Below, in pieces: positions 26,007-38,580 of a DNA stretch of 64,000 bases. A program made the position numbers and the translations under genes. This DNA is from Octopus sinensis (lineage: Eukaryota), in assembly GCF_006345805.1 (NCBI RefSeq), contig NC_042999.1:102548001-102612000 (forward strand). The letters are read 5' to 3'. Numbering within the stretch: position 1 is the first letter of the stretch; each line of letters starts with the position of its first letter. The notes under the pieces were generated by a model, which was not told the DNA's origin, made no database searches, and was given only the letters and a program-made list of their open reading frames with translations.

Positions 26007-26480
26007 TTATAAAAGGTACTTTTTTTCTGTCAAGGGCTTATAGGCCCCATTATTAGATTATTTTCCTTAGTCATTGCACAGTGATTGCTATAAGCTTTAG
26101 GCTTATATAGATACCATTATTATTATTTACAGGATTGTAAAACTTGGTGCCGTATAACAAAACCATTTGCACTGAAAGCATATAGAAAGTTTGTTTCCAA
26201 AAACAACTACAAACTAATATAGTTCTTAAATTTGACAGAAACAGGGAGGCTAATTCACTGTGTAATGGTAACACATTTAGTCATGTGAACAAAGGGATGT
26301 AGGTTTGTGTTCCATGCAGATAGGAAAGCCTACTTTTTTCTGCTGAGGTCTTATATGCCCCATTATTAGACTGCTTTCCTTAATCATTGCACGGTGATCG
26401 CTATAAGCTCTAGGCTTATATAGATACCATTATTATTATTTACAGGATTGTAAAACCTGGCGCCGTATAACAAAACAATT
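26007..26480. repeat. Pair of ~160-bp diverged direct repeats interrupting a SINE
   Basis: tacttttt...gccccattattaga...tataagctytaggcttatatagatacc...ccgtataacaaaac at ~26007-26165 and ~26331-26475. Confidence 0.75.
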
Positions 26481-27984
26481 AGCATCAAATGCACACATAT
26501 GTATATGTGTGTGTTTGTCCCCTTCACCAGTCACTTCACAACCAGCGTTCATGTGTTTACATCCCCTTAATTTAGCAGTTTGGCAAAAGAAACTGATACA
26601 ATAAGTACCAGGCTTAAAAAAAATAAGTTCTGGGGTCAATTCATTCGACGAAAAATTCAAGGTAGTGCCCCAGCATGGCTGCAGTCTAATTAAAAGATAA
26701 GTTAATTAAAATGGATTGTCAAGGCTTGTTGGCACAGGCATAACTAGGTGGATAAGAAGCTCCAATTGCAACCACATAGTTTCAGGTTCAACCTTGGGTT
26801 GACCAGTACCTGGTGAGTGGATTTGTTAGCTGGAAACTGTATGGAAGCTTGTTGTATATATTTGTGTGTGTCTATGTTTTTGTGTTTGAACTTTTCCCTC
26901 CACTGCTTTACATCCAATGCTGGTTTGTTTATGTCCCTGTAACCTAGCAGTTCAGCAAAACAAAAACAAAAAAACTGATAGAATACTAACCTTAAAAAAA
27001 AAAATTACTGGAGTTGACTTGTTCGATTAAACCCTTCAAGACAGTGCCACAGTCCAATGACTAAAAGATGTAAAAGATAAAAGATATCCATGAAAAGTAA
27101 AAGATCCATCAATCCAATTATTTTTGTTTCACTTTGCTATTTATTTCCAGAAAGACATAGTTTTACCTCTGAGTTTGTAAAAATATTGAAGCAACTTCTG
27201 TTTACTTAGCCAGTGAGCTTCCCTACAACATACTAGGATTTAAGTAAATTTTTGCTTGAAATAAATAAATTCATAACATTTTCAAATTTTATTAGTTTAG
27301 TTCATAAATGCTTTTGAAAAATTATTTAATTCATTACGAAATTTAGAGAAGCTAATTCTGATTTTAATTCAAGAAAAAAAATATCTGTTTCAGACCCAAC
27401 ATTGCAGAACTTATTTATTGTTACTTTTTTTAAGGTGAGATTGAACTTATTATTGCTTCTGGTAGAGGAGTAGTTTTATGGTAGAACCATATTTCAAATA
27501 GGACACAAATTGTTCCACCAAATTTAACCAAATTTAAGTTTTCATAGCCAAGTTCTCTCCAAAATTTTCCAATCTCATCAAATTTACATCAAAACTATTC
27601 TGTACAGTTACAACAACAACAATAACAACAACCACATCTATTGAGATAATGCCAACAACAACAACTTTATTATTGGCTTTATTCCTTTCATAAACTATGA
27701 AAGCTGCCATTACAGGAAATTATATTTATTTCTTCATAAATATCATTTCCTGTAATGGCAGGTTTCATTCTTTCGATTCCTAACATTCCTTCAGTAATAT
27801 TATAGACTGTACCAATACCACATACAACAATTGAACTTAATAAGTAATATAGTTAGGGTGGGAAGGGCAAGGGATTGGTCCACCTTGGAGGGCAGGTACT
27901 TTTGTTTGGGGGTCTGTAGGATAGGTCAGGGGTGATAAATTCAAGGGTTGCAAATGGATACTTGTTGTTGATAACTTGCAGTGA

Positions 27985-28208
27985 CACAGAAATGCATGCA
28001 TGCATGCATACACACACACACACACACATACATACATACATACATACATACATACATACATACATGCATATATGCATGCATGCATACATACATACATGCA
28101 TGCATATATGCATGCATGCATACATACATACATGCATGCATGCATACATACATACATGCATGCATATATGCATGCATGCATACATACATACATACATACA
28201 TACATACA
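27985..28208. repeat. Compound (CA)n/(TACA)n/(TGCA)n microsatellite with higher-order periodicity
   Basis: Read directly from the sequence; purine-pyrimidine alternating throughout. Confidence 0.9.
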
Positions 28209-28962
28209 GGATGAATGCTTTCTGTGTGGCACAAGCACAGGCAAGGTCAGTTTAGGCAAGGTTTTTACAGCTGGATGCCCTTCCAAATGCCAACCACTTT
28301 ACAATGTGGACTGGATGCTTTTTACTTGGCATCAGCACTGGCAGGGTCACCAAGTAACTTGCAAGACAAAGATCCTTTGAGATGGGAGGGGCATTGGAAA
28401 AGGTGAACTTGTGTCAGATGATGAGACAGAGACAGAGACTTATGAGACAGAGAGACAGAAACAGGTGTCTTGCTGTAGAAGACGTACATGTTTACCCAGT
28501 CAGAGAGAGGGGAGAAAGAGGGAAGAGAGTGAATGGAGAGAGAGAGGGGAGAGAGAGAGAGGGGAGAGAGAGAGAGGGGAGAGAGAGAGGGGAGAGAGAG
28601 AGGGGAGAGAGAGAGAGGAGAGAGAGAGATTAAGAATGAAGACAGAAATTGGTGTGTTGCTGTAAAGGAGATATATAGTTACCCAGGAGAAGGAGAGAGA
28701 GTGAGAGAAAGAGAGAAAGAGAGTAAGAGTGCAAGAGAACAGCGGAGAGTAGTGGGCATACTTAGAAGGGACAGGGATCAAAATATAAATGGGATGGTTG
28801 AGTAAAAGAAGAGAGAGAGAGAGGTGGTGACAAGTGCCAGGTCATACTCTTGAGGTATGGAGATAATAATGTAAGTGGGTGGACATTGCCAAAGAAATGT
28901 GAGTAGAGAGTGGGGGAGGGGAATGCAGTGAGTAGTGAAAACCTGGGTGTATAGAGGGGATA

Positions 28963-28995
<33 letters not shown>

Positions 28996-30426
28996 AGGCA
29001 TGTGGCTTAATGGTCTGGGTGTTGCACTCATGATTGTAGGATTATGGTTTCAATTCCTGGACCAAGCAATGTGTTCTTGAGCAAAACACTTCATTTTATG
29101 TTGCTTCCATCAACTCAGCTGTTAAAAATAAGTAATCCTGTGATGGACTGGTGGCCCCTCCAAGGATGGAGGGAATATATGTGCCACAGAATCTGGGAAA
29201 TTGGCCTTATGAGCCTATGGGAAGGACCTTTTATTTCATATATATGAGTGTGTAAGTGTCTGTGTGTATGTGATTATGTCCCCTTGTATTGACCTCACAT
29301 GATAGTTGTAAATAAGTATCACTGTCACATAAGCAGTATCATTCATTTCCAATATTTTGGAAGGATATGTCTGGCCAAGGGGAAATATTACTTTGCTTGG
29401 AAAACAGGTGAGAGTTGGCAGCAGGAAAGGCATCCAGCTGTTGAAAATCTGTTTCAGTTAACTCTATCTGACACATGCAAGCATAGAAAACTGGACATCA
29501 AGATGATGATGGTGACGAGGATTTTTTAACAATAGCTTTCATACTCAATTTCTTTGGAATCTTTCTACTTTAGAAAAAAAAACCGAAAAACGCCTCAAGC
29601 TTCCAATTTGTTTTTTTACCTTTTCAATTTTAAGCTAACTAATAATTCCTTGAAACTCATCAAAGGAGATATTAGTTAGCTTAAATGCTTAAGAATCTTT
29701 AGTAGTGTAATGAAGCATACTGCTAATTTCCTTAAATGTGAAGAGAGATTCAGAACTTATTAAGCATACCAGTCTGTTTTCACTTCAGCACAAAAATAAT
29801 CACTTTATTTACATATCCTGCAATTTTCCTCATTTCTTTAAATAACTTCCTCTATTTTGTCTTTTAATAGAAACCATTAAGAGGGATGATTAATAATTAA
29901 TATATATAAAAAAAAAATACTAATGGGCTTACACTTTGAACAAATACTATAAACTACACCCAATCTACTCTAGTAGTGCTGTTTTCATTCCCTGGTTACA
30001 AAGTATCTTATATTAGTGCTATATGTGTTGCCTACTATAGCTCTGGGCCAACCAAAGCCTTGTGAGTGTATTTGGTAGAGAGGAAAACTGAACGAAGCCT
30101 GTTGTGTGTGTGTGTGTGTGTATTAGGGATATAACTGTTTTGCAACTCCATAGTCCTGTGTCATATTCTGATGAGCTATTGCTAGAAAACATTGAAAATC
30201 AATGTTTTTTTTTTGTATTTGGTCAAAAAATTCACCCATGACTAACTTTGAAATTTTTATACTTGGTTGCATCTGGGTGGATTTCCAAAAACTAGAACCC
30301 TGGTTGAATAATAAACAAAAGGGAAAAAGATCCAAAACATTAAATCCATAACTTTTAAAAGAGCTGTATTCTGCATTCCAGAACAATAAAAAGAAAGTAA
30401 CTCGTATAAAGTCAAATTAGTCAATA

Positions 30427-32640
30427 GTCAAGTTGTGGCAAGTCATTGGAGAGAATGAAATGCAATGGCAGGTTGGCTTTGTTCTTGCATGTAGCATGTA
30501 GTTCTTGCATGACCTTAATTGCTCACTCACAGCATTGATTACTTCTGCTGATGTCTTCTTTTGATGGCTCTTGTTTCCAGTGATTTTTTTAAAGCATTTC
30601 AAAACAGTCTTGTAGGGTAGTAAGGCTTGCAATAGCTCTGCATAATGTTCAGCTCTATAAGGACAGTCTCAAGGTCTCTCTCAAAGACTTCTCCATCGGC
30701 ACAGAGACTTGGGAGACACTTGCTGCCGATCGCTCATCCTGGCGCAGCGCAATCACCACAGGAGCAGGGACAGCTGAGGAGGGACGGATTCGGTCAGCAG
30801 AGCAGAAATGCCAGATGCGGAAAGCCAGAGCCACCTGCACCAGTAGCACGGCCCCTACCCACTTCTGCCCCACCTGTGGGAGGGGCTTCCTTGCCCGGAT
30901 TGGCCTCACCAGCCACCTCCAGTCTCATAGTGGCAGTTACACCAGATAATGTCAGTGGTCATTTTCGAACCCGAAGGACGAACATTATTATCATTATGTT
31001 TGGTCACTGAACCAATAGTCCTCCCAGTCATGTGAGATGAACTGGCAGACCATCTGCAATTTTTCTCTTATATGTGGCATGAGGTTAAATGCAAGAAGGG
31101 CTAAGATTGCTCACAAATTCCATCTGGCATTACTGATGTTTGGAATTTTCTGAAACTTGATGAAAGGTAGGTATCTGTTTTCATGGAAGAACCTGAAGGC
31201 ACGGGTTAAGTGGAACAGAAACTTTATATCATCTCTCCAGCCAGCTTGGTCTTCAATGACATGAGTTCTATTCTGGAAGGAGCCTTGGAGTTCTTTATAA
31301 CTTGTCATGAGTTCTTTGACAAAAAAATATTTGATGCTCGGTGAATTGCTTGCGCCTTCAAGCTCGTCATTCATAACAGCATGCAAGATTCTGTCCAAGA
31401 CATGGTGTTGGCAGCTCACAAATTGTGACTTGTCATAGCCTTTACTCAAGAACATTCTCTACAGTTTAATCACTATCCCACTCTTTTGTCCTGTATTCAC
31501 ATGCGTTGTATCAGCAATAATCATTGAAATTGCACCCCACAAGTGAAATTTGTCCAAGATGCTTTTCACTCCTTCTGCAATGGTCTCAGCCTTGCCATCA
31601 CACAGCTTCAGAGCAGCCAGCTTGATTTCACTTATTTCATTCTTAACGACAACTGCTTGATATTAATTTCTGTCAATATGTTTACCATCGAAATGCAGGC
31701 TCCATTCTTGATTGTGTAGTGTATCGATCAATTGTTTCTTCATTTCACCAGCTTTCTTATAGAGTGCCTTGTAAATGCCTTGCTGACCAGGAGCAGGGAT
31801 ATCAGTGCTCTCCGCTTACAACTGTTTGCAGCTTTGTATAGATGTTTGTTCCAGTTACAAGTCTCATACCAATTGCAGATTTGTTGTGCTCTCTTGTGGA
31901 GGAATAAGTGCCATCACTATCACTATTATTTTTATCAACTCTGTCATCTTCACCATAGTTGTACTTTTCAATCTCTTCTACTTGAGAGTCACTGTCAGTA
32001 TCCAGGTTAGTTGGGTTTGATAAAAAATGGGAGGCTTCAGCATCAGAGCATCTTCTCTTGGAAGGATGGACAATATGTTTGTTTGCAGCTTTGCCTGTTG
32101 AATAGCCCACTTTGACCTTACTTTGGAGATAGATGGAATACAGCTCTTTGTCATCAGCATTGAACCATTCATTGTGGACTTTGGTGATAGTGAACAGTTC
32201 TTCCAATGGTTCAAATTTTCTTGGTGCAATTGTCATACAAATGAAGCACAATCTCGAGCTTGGACTGTATTGCATGCTCAGAAATCATTGGAAAATTCAG
32301 TTTATCTCTCCACAGTAGTGTCACCTCTCTTGATAATTCTGCCACTTTCTCATTTCTGCCTTTAACTGATTTCCCAAGAAACTGGTATTGACCAACAATC
32401 TGCTCCTTGAGTGGCATTTGGCTTTTGCTGGCCAGCGAGACTTCTTCTATAGGCACATGACCTCTAGATGAATGGGACTGGAACTGCACCAAATTTCTCC
32501 TCCATTTCTCCTTGTTCTTCTGAAGAACTTTGAAGCTTTTCTTGAATGACATACTGTTAGCAGTAATGCAGAACTCACACTAAAACTGAAACAATAAAAC
32601 TGAAAGTGAAAGAAGAACTTGGTTATTTGCTTTATGACTA
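30427..32640 (-). pseudogene. Decayed DDE transposase, distant hAT-like (CxxH, RW type); host element roughly 30125-32890
   Basis: Frameshifted minus-strand pieces: WSLHFDGK (D1), IADTTHVNTGQKSG (D2), CQHHVLDRIL (CxxH), SNARWN (RW), RSNQCCE*AIKVMQEL (E). Terminal repeats were not convincingly identified. Confidence 0.75.
30650..30995 (+). mobile_element. 5'-truncated RTE (BovB-like) LINE 3' end inserted in the transposase
   Basis: Stop-free frame 30650-30949: QLYKDSLKVSLKDFSIGTETWETLAADRSSWRSAITTG...HFCPTCGRGFLARIGLTSHLQSH (C-terminal C2H2 knuckle). Short (CAT/TAT) tail; atgtt direct repeat at 30645-30649 and 30996-31000. GC- and CpG-rich. Confidence 0.85.
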
Positions 32641-33169
32641 AGCACACTGACTCAGAAATACAATCTAATCACCACTGAAGTCTTATAAATGCTAAGAGTT
32701 TATTGAAAGCCAACTGTTAATAATTATTGCAGCAGTTGCAAGGTTGCAAGGTATTTACAGTTACATGTGTTAACCCTTAAATTAACATTTAATACATGTG
32801 CTTAATCTATATATATAAAATTCTTTGTCTCTCTGTCTATTCTCAATGCATTCTCAAACTTTTTATATAGATAATCTTCCTATAGTCAAATATAGTGCAG
32901 AACATTTTATACTTTGATGATGATGGCAACATCACATTTTGTGTGTGAGTGTGTATGTGTCTGTCAGTGTATGATCGTGCATTTGTCTGTCACTGTGTGT
33001 GTTTCTGTATTCAACGACAATGTCACATTTTGTTTATGTATGTCTATGTGTGTGTGTATGTGTGTGAGTGTTTGTGTGTTTCCGTGTTTGGTACGTTATT
33101 CAACACACATCTGGTTCATGTCTGGGGATTTCCTTTTGTGAGACTTTCTAAGAGCATGTCTTAGCCCTT

Positions 33170-34390
33170 CTGTTCTTATTACCTACCGTTCCTTTTCTTC
33201 ATCTTCATTCTTTCATTCTCATATTGTATCCAGTCAACGTCAGCATTCAACTTCTACATTGCTCCATATCTTTTGTGATCCTTTCTCTATTATTCTCCTC
33301 AAATTCTTTGTCATATCTATTTTGGTGTTTTTGAAATAAATCTTCATTTTCCTCTTTTTCCATATTAATTTTCTCTGCTGTTCTTTGTTAAGTTTCCTTG
33401 TTGTTCAGATTTACTGCTTTTACAATAGGTTCTATGTTTCTGTTACCTATTTCATCTCCCTGATTGCTGTTTTCATTTGGTCCACTTTGGAATATTTGCA
33501 TTCTAATTTTGTCAATTTCAGCATCATTTAGTCTTTTTGTTTTTAATGATATCGCTATCATCATCATCATCGTCGTTTAATGTCTGTTTTCCATGCTAGC
33601 ATGGGTTGGATGGTTCAACCGGGCTCTGAGAAGCCAAGATGCTGCAACAGGCTCCAGTCTGATCTGGCAGTGTTTCTACACCTGGATGCCCTTCCTAATG
33701 CCAACCACTCCGTGTGTGTAGTGGGTGCTTTTTATGTGCCACCGTCACGGAAGCCAGTCAAGCCGGCACTAGCATCAGCCATGTTCGAATGGAAATGTTT
33801 ACATGCCACTGGCATTGGTATCACAACTACAGTTTCCATTTGATTTTTATTTTGATGTTGATGTACTTGACTCAATAGATCTCAAATTTCTTTGCCTACT
33901 AAGTTTCTCAATGAAGTGTATGTTTCACAATGAAATTATTATCTGAGTTTAACAAGGCTGTGTAAAAAGCTTTCAAAACATCTGTATAGTCCTCTCTAGT
34001 TCATTTTTATGCATTTTGCTTCAAGTGGTGTTTTGGTGGCGTCACTACAGCTCTGAGGTTTAGATTATCCTGGTTCTGGTTATCTAGTCAATTATCTTTT
34101 TGAGAGTTTGTTCCAACAAAGACCGATCTAGCATGAGATTTGATTTGTTTCTATAAGAACATTGATGTTGACTTTAGGAGACAGGTCTATCTATTTAGAG
34201 TTAACTTTTTGACAGATCTCTGCTTCTGACTTCTTTAAATAGATATGTTTTTCATATTGTAATTGCATAAGGTTTCTCCCTATTTTTTTTCCTTCGCCAG
34301 ATATATCTCCAGGTTTAGTGGTGTTTTAAACTCTGTGATTATTTGTTCCATTTGTGTTTGTTTGTAGAAAATTGTTTTTCTTTTGTCTTG
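33170..34390 (-). mobile_element. Decayed 5' part of a probable R4/Dong-clade LINE, split by an RTE 3'UTR insertion (33545-33882)
   Basis: The minus strand gives K*TREDYTDVLKAFYTALL and, across the insertion, KRLNDAEIDKIRMQI, resembling the N-terminus of R4/Dong ORFs (recognised from memory). Confidence 0.45.
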
Positions 34391-35026
34391 TTGTGCTCCA
34401 CTTTTAACATGTTTACATGTGTGTATGTGCATGCGTGTGTGTGTGTGGTGTAAATATTACATAGTTTATAAATATTAAAATGTGTTCATGTCTGTATAAA
34501 CGATTGGATGTATACATGATTAATTAATTAATTAATTAATTTAGGTACTTACTGTATATTTAGTGGATATGTTTACCAGACTTAATTACGTTGCATTTGA
34601 TTTTTTTTACACATGTCACACTGAGATATCATGCATGGAAGAAACCATAATTCATACAACAATAATCTTTTGTTTCTTTTACTTTTAAAGAAGTTTTGCT
34701 TTTAAAGAACTTTTCCCTCAAATATATTGCAATGTTTTTCCATTTTGCTGATTTTGGGAGGAAGTTTCATGTTATTTTGTTGTTGTTGTTGTTATCATCA
34801 TCATCATTATTATTAGGATGTTGAACTGGTGGAACTTTTAGAGCATTGGGGAAAAAATACTTCATAATATTTCTCCTGAGTCATTCCACTCTGAGGTCAA
34901 CTTAGCTTTTCATCATTTCAGGATTGATGAAATAAGTACCAGTTAAACAATGAGGTCAATGTAATCAACTACTTCCCTGGCTACAAATTTCAGACTTAAT
35001 GCCTTTAGTAGATAGCATTATTATTG

Positions 35027-35065
<39 letters not shown>

Positions 35066-36118
35066 GGATGTTGAACTGGTGGAACTGTTAGAGCATCGGA
35101 AAAATACTTTATAGTATTTCTCCTGAGTCAATCCACACCGAGTTCAAATTCCACTGAGGTCAACTTTGTCTTTCATCATTCAGAGTTGATAAAATAAGTA
35201 CCAGTTGACAACTGGTGTTGATGTAATCAACTTTATACTCTTCCCCAAAATTGTTGCCTTTGCGCCAAAAGTTCAAACCACCACCACCACCACCACCACC
35301 ACCACCACCACCATCTTTGCTGTGAATGCATTGTGCATTCATTATCAATGTATTGCTTAACAATTGAGAATGGATGCAAACAAATTTGAATTTGCAGAAG
35401 AAAAAAAATTATCTGGAATTTCATTCATAATCATGGTTCACTAATATTCATAGGGGAAAAATATAAAAAAATAAATTAATTAGCAATTATTTAAATAATC
35501 AATAATAAAAAAAAAAAAACATGAATAATTGATTACTGAAAAGAAGATTGCTCCCCTCCCCATCTCCCCACCTCCTCACCACACCATCGCTTCTAAATGA
35601 ACTCAAATGAGAAGGATCAAGAAAATGAAAATACATTTGACAATGACTGAAAATTAAATGAGGAAAGCTGCCTCTCCACATATTTTTGTTATATGTATAA
35701 TCAAATTTCTAATGTAGGTTAATAAAAATGTTTAACAGTTCATATATGAGAGCTTCATCATATTGTTCTAATTTTCCAGGCAAACATAATTAGATTGCTT
35801 TCAGGTGAAACAATTTCATTGGCTAATTGGTATATTAGCTAGTCTCAATGAAAATAAACAAATATCATGTGTGTGTGTGTATTATAAGTACATACATATA
35901 TGTATGTGTGTATGTATGTATGTATGTATGTGTATGTATATGTTTGTATGTGTGTGTATATATGCATATGAATGTTTGAAGATGTTAATATATCTCTTTC
36001 TTAGTTCATTTCATTTCATGCTTGCCTGGACGACCAGACATTGTGTAAAGCCATGAGTAACAACAGAGGGAATCATTAAGTGTTGCTCAATTACACACAG
36101 ATACATCCACACACACGT

Positions 36119-36172
<54 letters not shown>

Positions 36173-37503
36173 TCACTCACTCACTCATTCACTCTTTCTC
36201 TCTCTCTTGTGCACATGAATAAGCACAAATATTAATAGAAATATCCATCTGTCTGTCTATGTATACATTGACACACACATGAATACATATACATAAATAT
36301 ATTTACATACACCTCCAACGTCATTGTCTTCCTCATCATTATCATCATCATCGTTGTCATCATCATCATTATTGTCATCATCATCATCATCATCATCAAC
36401 AACATCGTCATTGTCATTGTTGTTGTCATTGTTGTCATCATTGTCATCGTCATCAATATCATCGTCGTCATTGTCATCATCATCATCATCATCATCAACA
36501 TCATTGCCATCTAGCTACTTTCCATGCTTGCATGGGCTGAACAGACAAGGTTCCCTTGAATTGGAGGCCTATTCTTACTCCAGTGTCTCAGTTTCCACTT
36601 GGTTTCTAAGACTGGATGCATTCCCTAACAGCAACCACTTTACAGAATGTACTGGGTGCATTTTTACATTGCACCAACTCTAGTGAAGTTACCTTGTACC
36701 TCACCAAACTGAAGAGCCTCCTTGGTTGAAGGGAGAGTAGAACAGGATGTAACTTTGTGTGAGGTGTTGAGAGGTATGATGAGTAGAGTGAGGAACTTCT
36801 AATGTATAGTTTGTTGTTTCTTATATACAGGAACATTTGGCACCTGTCTTTGAATCACTGATGTGGCATCTGCCACTGAAGAGGTGAAATCACACAGAAA
36901 CTTTGTGCCTTGTAGACAGCTGATGTCACTTAGTGTTGGGCTTAGTGTATTCTTACATGCAAAGTCATGTTGTTGAAGTTTCTTAATTCTTATGACATCA
37001 AATGTACACATCTCTATTTTCATACTTGCTACTACATGTGCATATACCAAATTCATTCAAGTTTGGCAAACTGGCAAATATCTTGTTTGCTGTTACCTAA
37101 ATATAGAAACAAATGTTTGGGCTTATCATAAAAGTAACAGAAGCAATATCTGCCATAGAATAGATCATCTCACACAGAAACGTCATATCTAGTAGTCTGA
37201 TGGTATCATTTAGAACTTAGTGTGTTTTTTTTTTATCATAGATATTGAAGAGAGAAATTTCTCATTGGAAAAAATCCTGCTATGAATACATTTTACATTT
37301 TAGTATGCAGGAGTATTTTAAGCATCCAATCCACATCGTAAGGTCACTGATGTTAGGAAGGGAATCAAGCCATAGGTAACACACCAAGACTTTCACTGGA
37401 GCTCAGCACAACCTTGTGGATCTCTGGATCCTCTGAAACTACGCAATCCATACCAGCACAGGGAACAAATGTTGATATTCATATATATATATATATATAT
37501 TAC

Positions 37504-37634
37504 AGGAAAGGGAAAACAAAACCAAGGCAGGCTGAGTATCTCAGGTCATTTAGGATATTTAATTAGAGTAAATAATTAAATACTCTAAATGACTTGAGAT
37601 ATTCATCCTTCCTTGGTTTTCTTTTCCTTTTCCT
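37504..37634. mobile_element. Palindromic MITE of ~130 bp
   Basis: aggaaagggaaaacaaaaccaagg...gagtatctcaggtcatttaggatatttaatta pairs with taattaaatactctaaatgacttgagatattc...ccttggttttcttttccttttcct. Confidence 0.75.
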
Positions 37635-38122
37635 TTAATTTATACCTGCTGACTCAGAAGCCTACTATGGATCTCTAGCTCCAGCCTCAGCTGCAATCTT
37701 GGAACCTGACGTTGACCAGTTATAGCACTTATGCAGCGTACCTATTGGTTTAGATCATCAGTGAACTAAAGCCCTCATATTCTTTATATATATAGGTATA
37801 GGTTTAAATTCATACACATTTAAAGGCATGTAGCTAAACATTTCATTCACCCAGGACGTTATATTTTTTTTGAAAAATAAACACTTTCTTCTTTTCATTG
37901 AAGTGTCAATAGTTACTTATACTGCCTTAATTGATATTCATTTATACACAACCTTATAGAAAAAATATGAAGTATTACATAATAGAATAAAGTACTGTGA
38001 GACACACACAAACACACACATTATGCTTTAATGAATTTTCACTGCATTCTCTTTGTTTTGTACATGTGTATGTTTGCATGAAAACGTGTGTGTATGTTTA
38101 TTTGTATATCTACACATGTATA

Positions 38123-38191
<69 letters not shown>

Positions 38192-38199
38192 CATATATA

Positions 38200-38580
38200 T
38201 CTGTAAGTATATGTGACAATTATTTGGTAGCCATGATAAAACTCCGAGTTTCGGATGTCAGGGTGAAAAAAATGCTATCTTTCTCAAATTGCGTGAATCT
38301 CACTTTATTCTTATTTTTAATGGCTTTAAACCAGTCAACGACTTCTATACTATTGGACCATTGTACTAACCTAGTAGCATTCCTGACTTTTGCAGGCATT
38401 TTTTCGATGGTCCGATAACTGAAGAGATGCCGGCATGGGTTTCTGCCCCGACATCCGAAACTCAAAGTTTTATCATGGCTACCGAATAATTGTCACATAT
38501 TATATTTACAGATAAATTCCTCTATTTACATAATATCGAGATCTCTTTCAGTCTTTTGTTGTCTTGCCATTTCTATCAAT
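38200..38580 (-). mobile_element. Penelope-like element fragment with inverted pLTR-like ends
   Basis: Inverted repeats at 38200-38263 and 38446-38512. The internal minus-strand VQWSNSIEVVDWFKAIKNKNKVRFTQFE resembles the NQW.N...VI.WF..I..K...F..FD segment at the start of Penelope RTs. Confidence 0.7.
38414..38474 (+). ncRNA. Type I hammerhead ribozyme (canonical core)
   Basis: Stem I GATAA(38414-18)/TTATC(38470-74); core CTGAAGA 38419-25; long stem II 38426-38455 plus one extra C; GAAA 38457-60; stem III ACT/AGT with loop CAA; GUU cleavage triplet at 38467-69. Confidence 0.7.

Noticed and set aside
30163-30200. CTGATGA...GAAA spacing as a hammerhead
   Set aside because: No valid stem III or NUH site and stem I does not pair; it lies in the subterminal region of a DNA transposon.
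36862-36912. CTGAAGA-ggtgaaatcacaca-GAAA as a hammerhead
   Set aside because: G at the cleavage position and no stem I complementarity.
37730-37770. Minus-strand CTGATGA with a stem II-like hairpin
   Set aside because: The GAAA half is absent, so this is at best a decayed relic.
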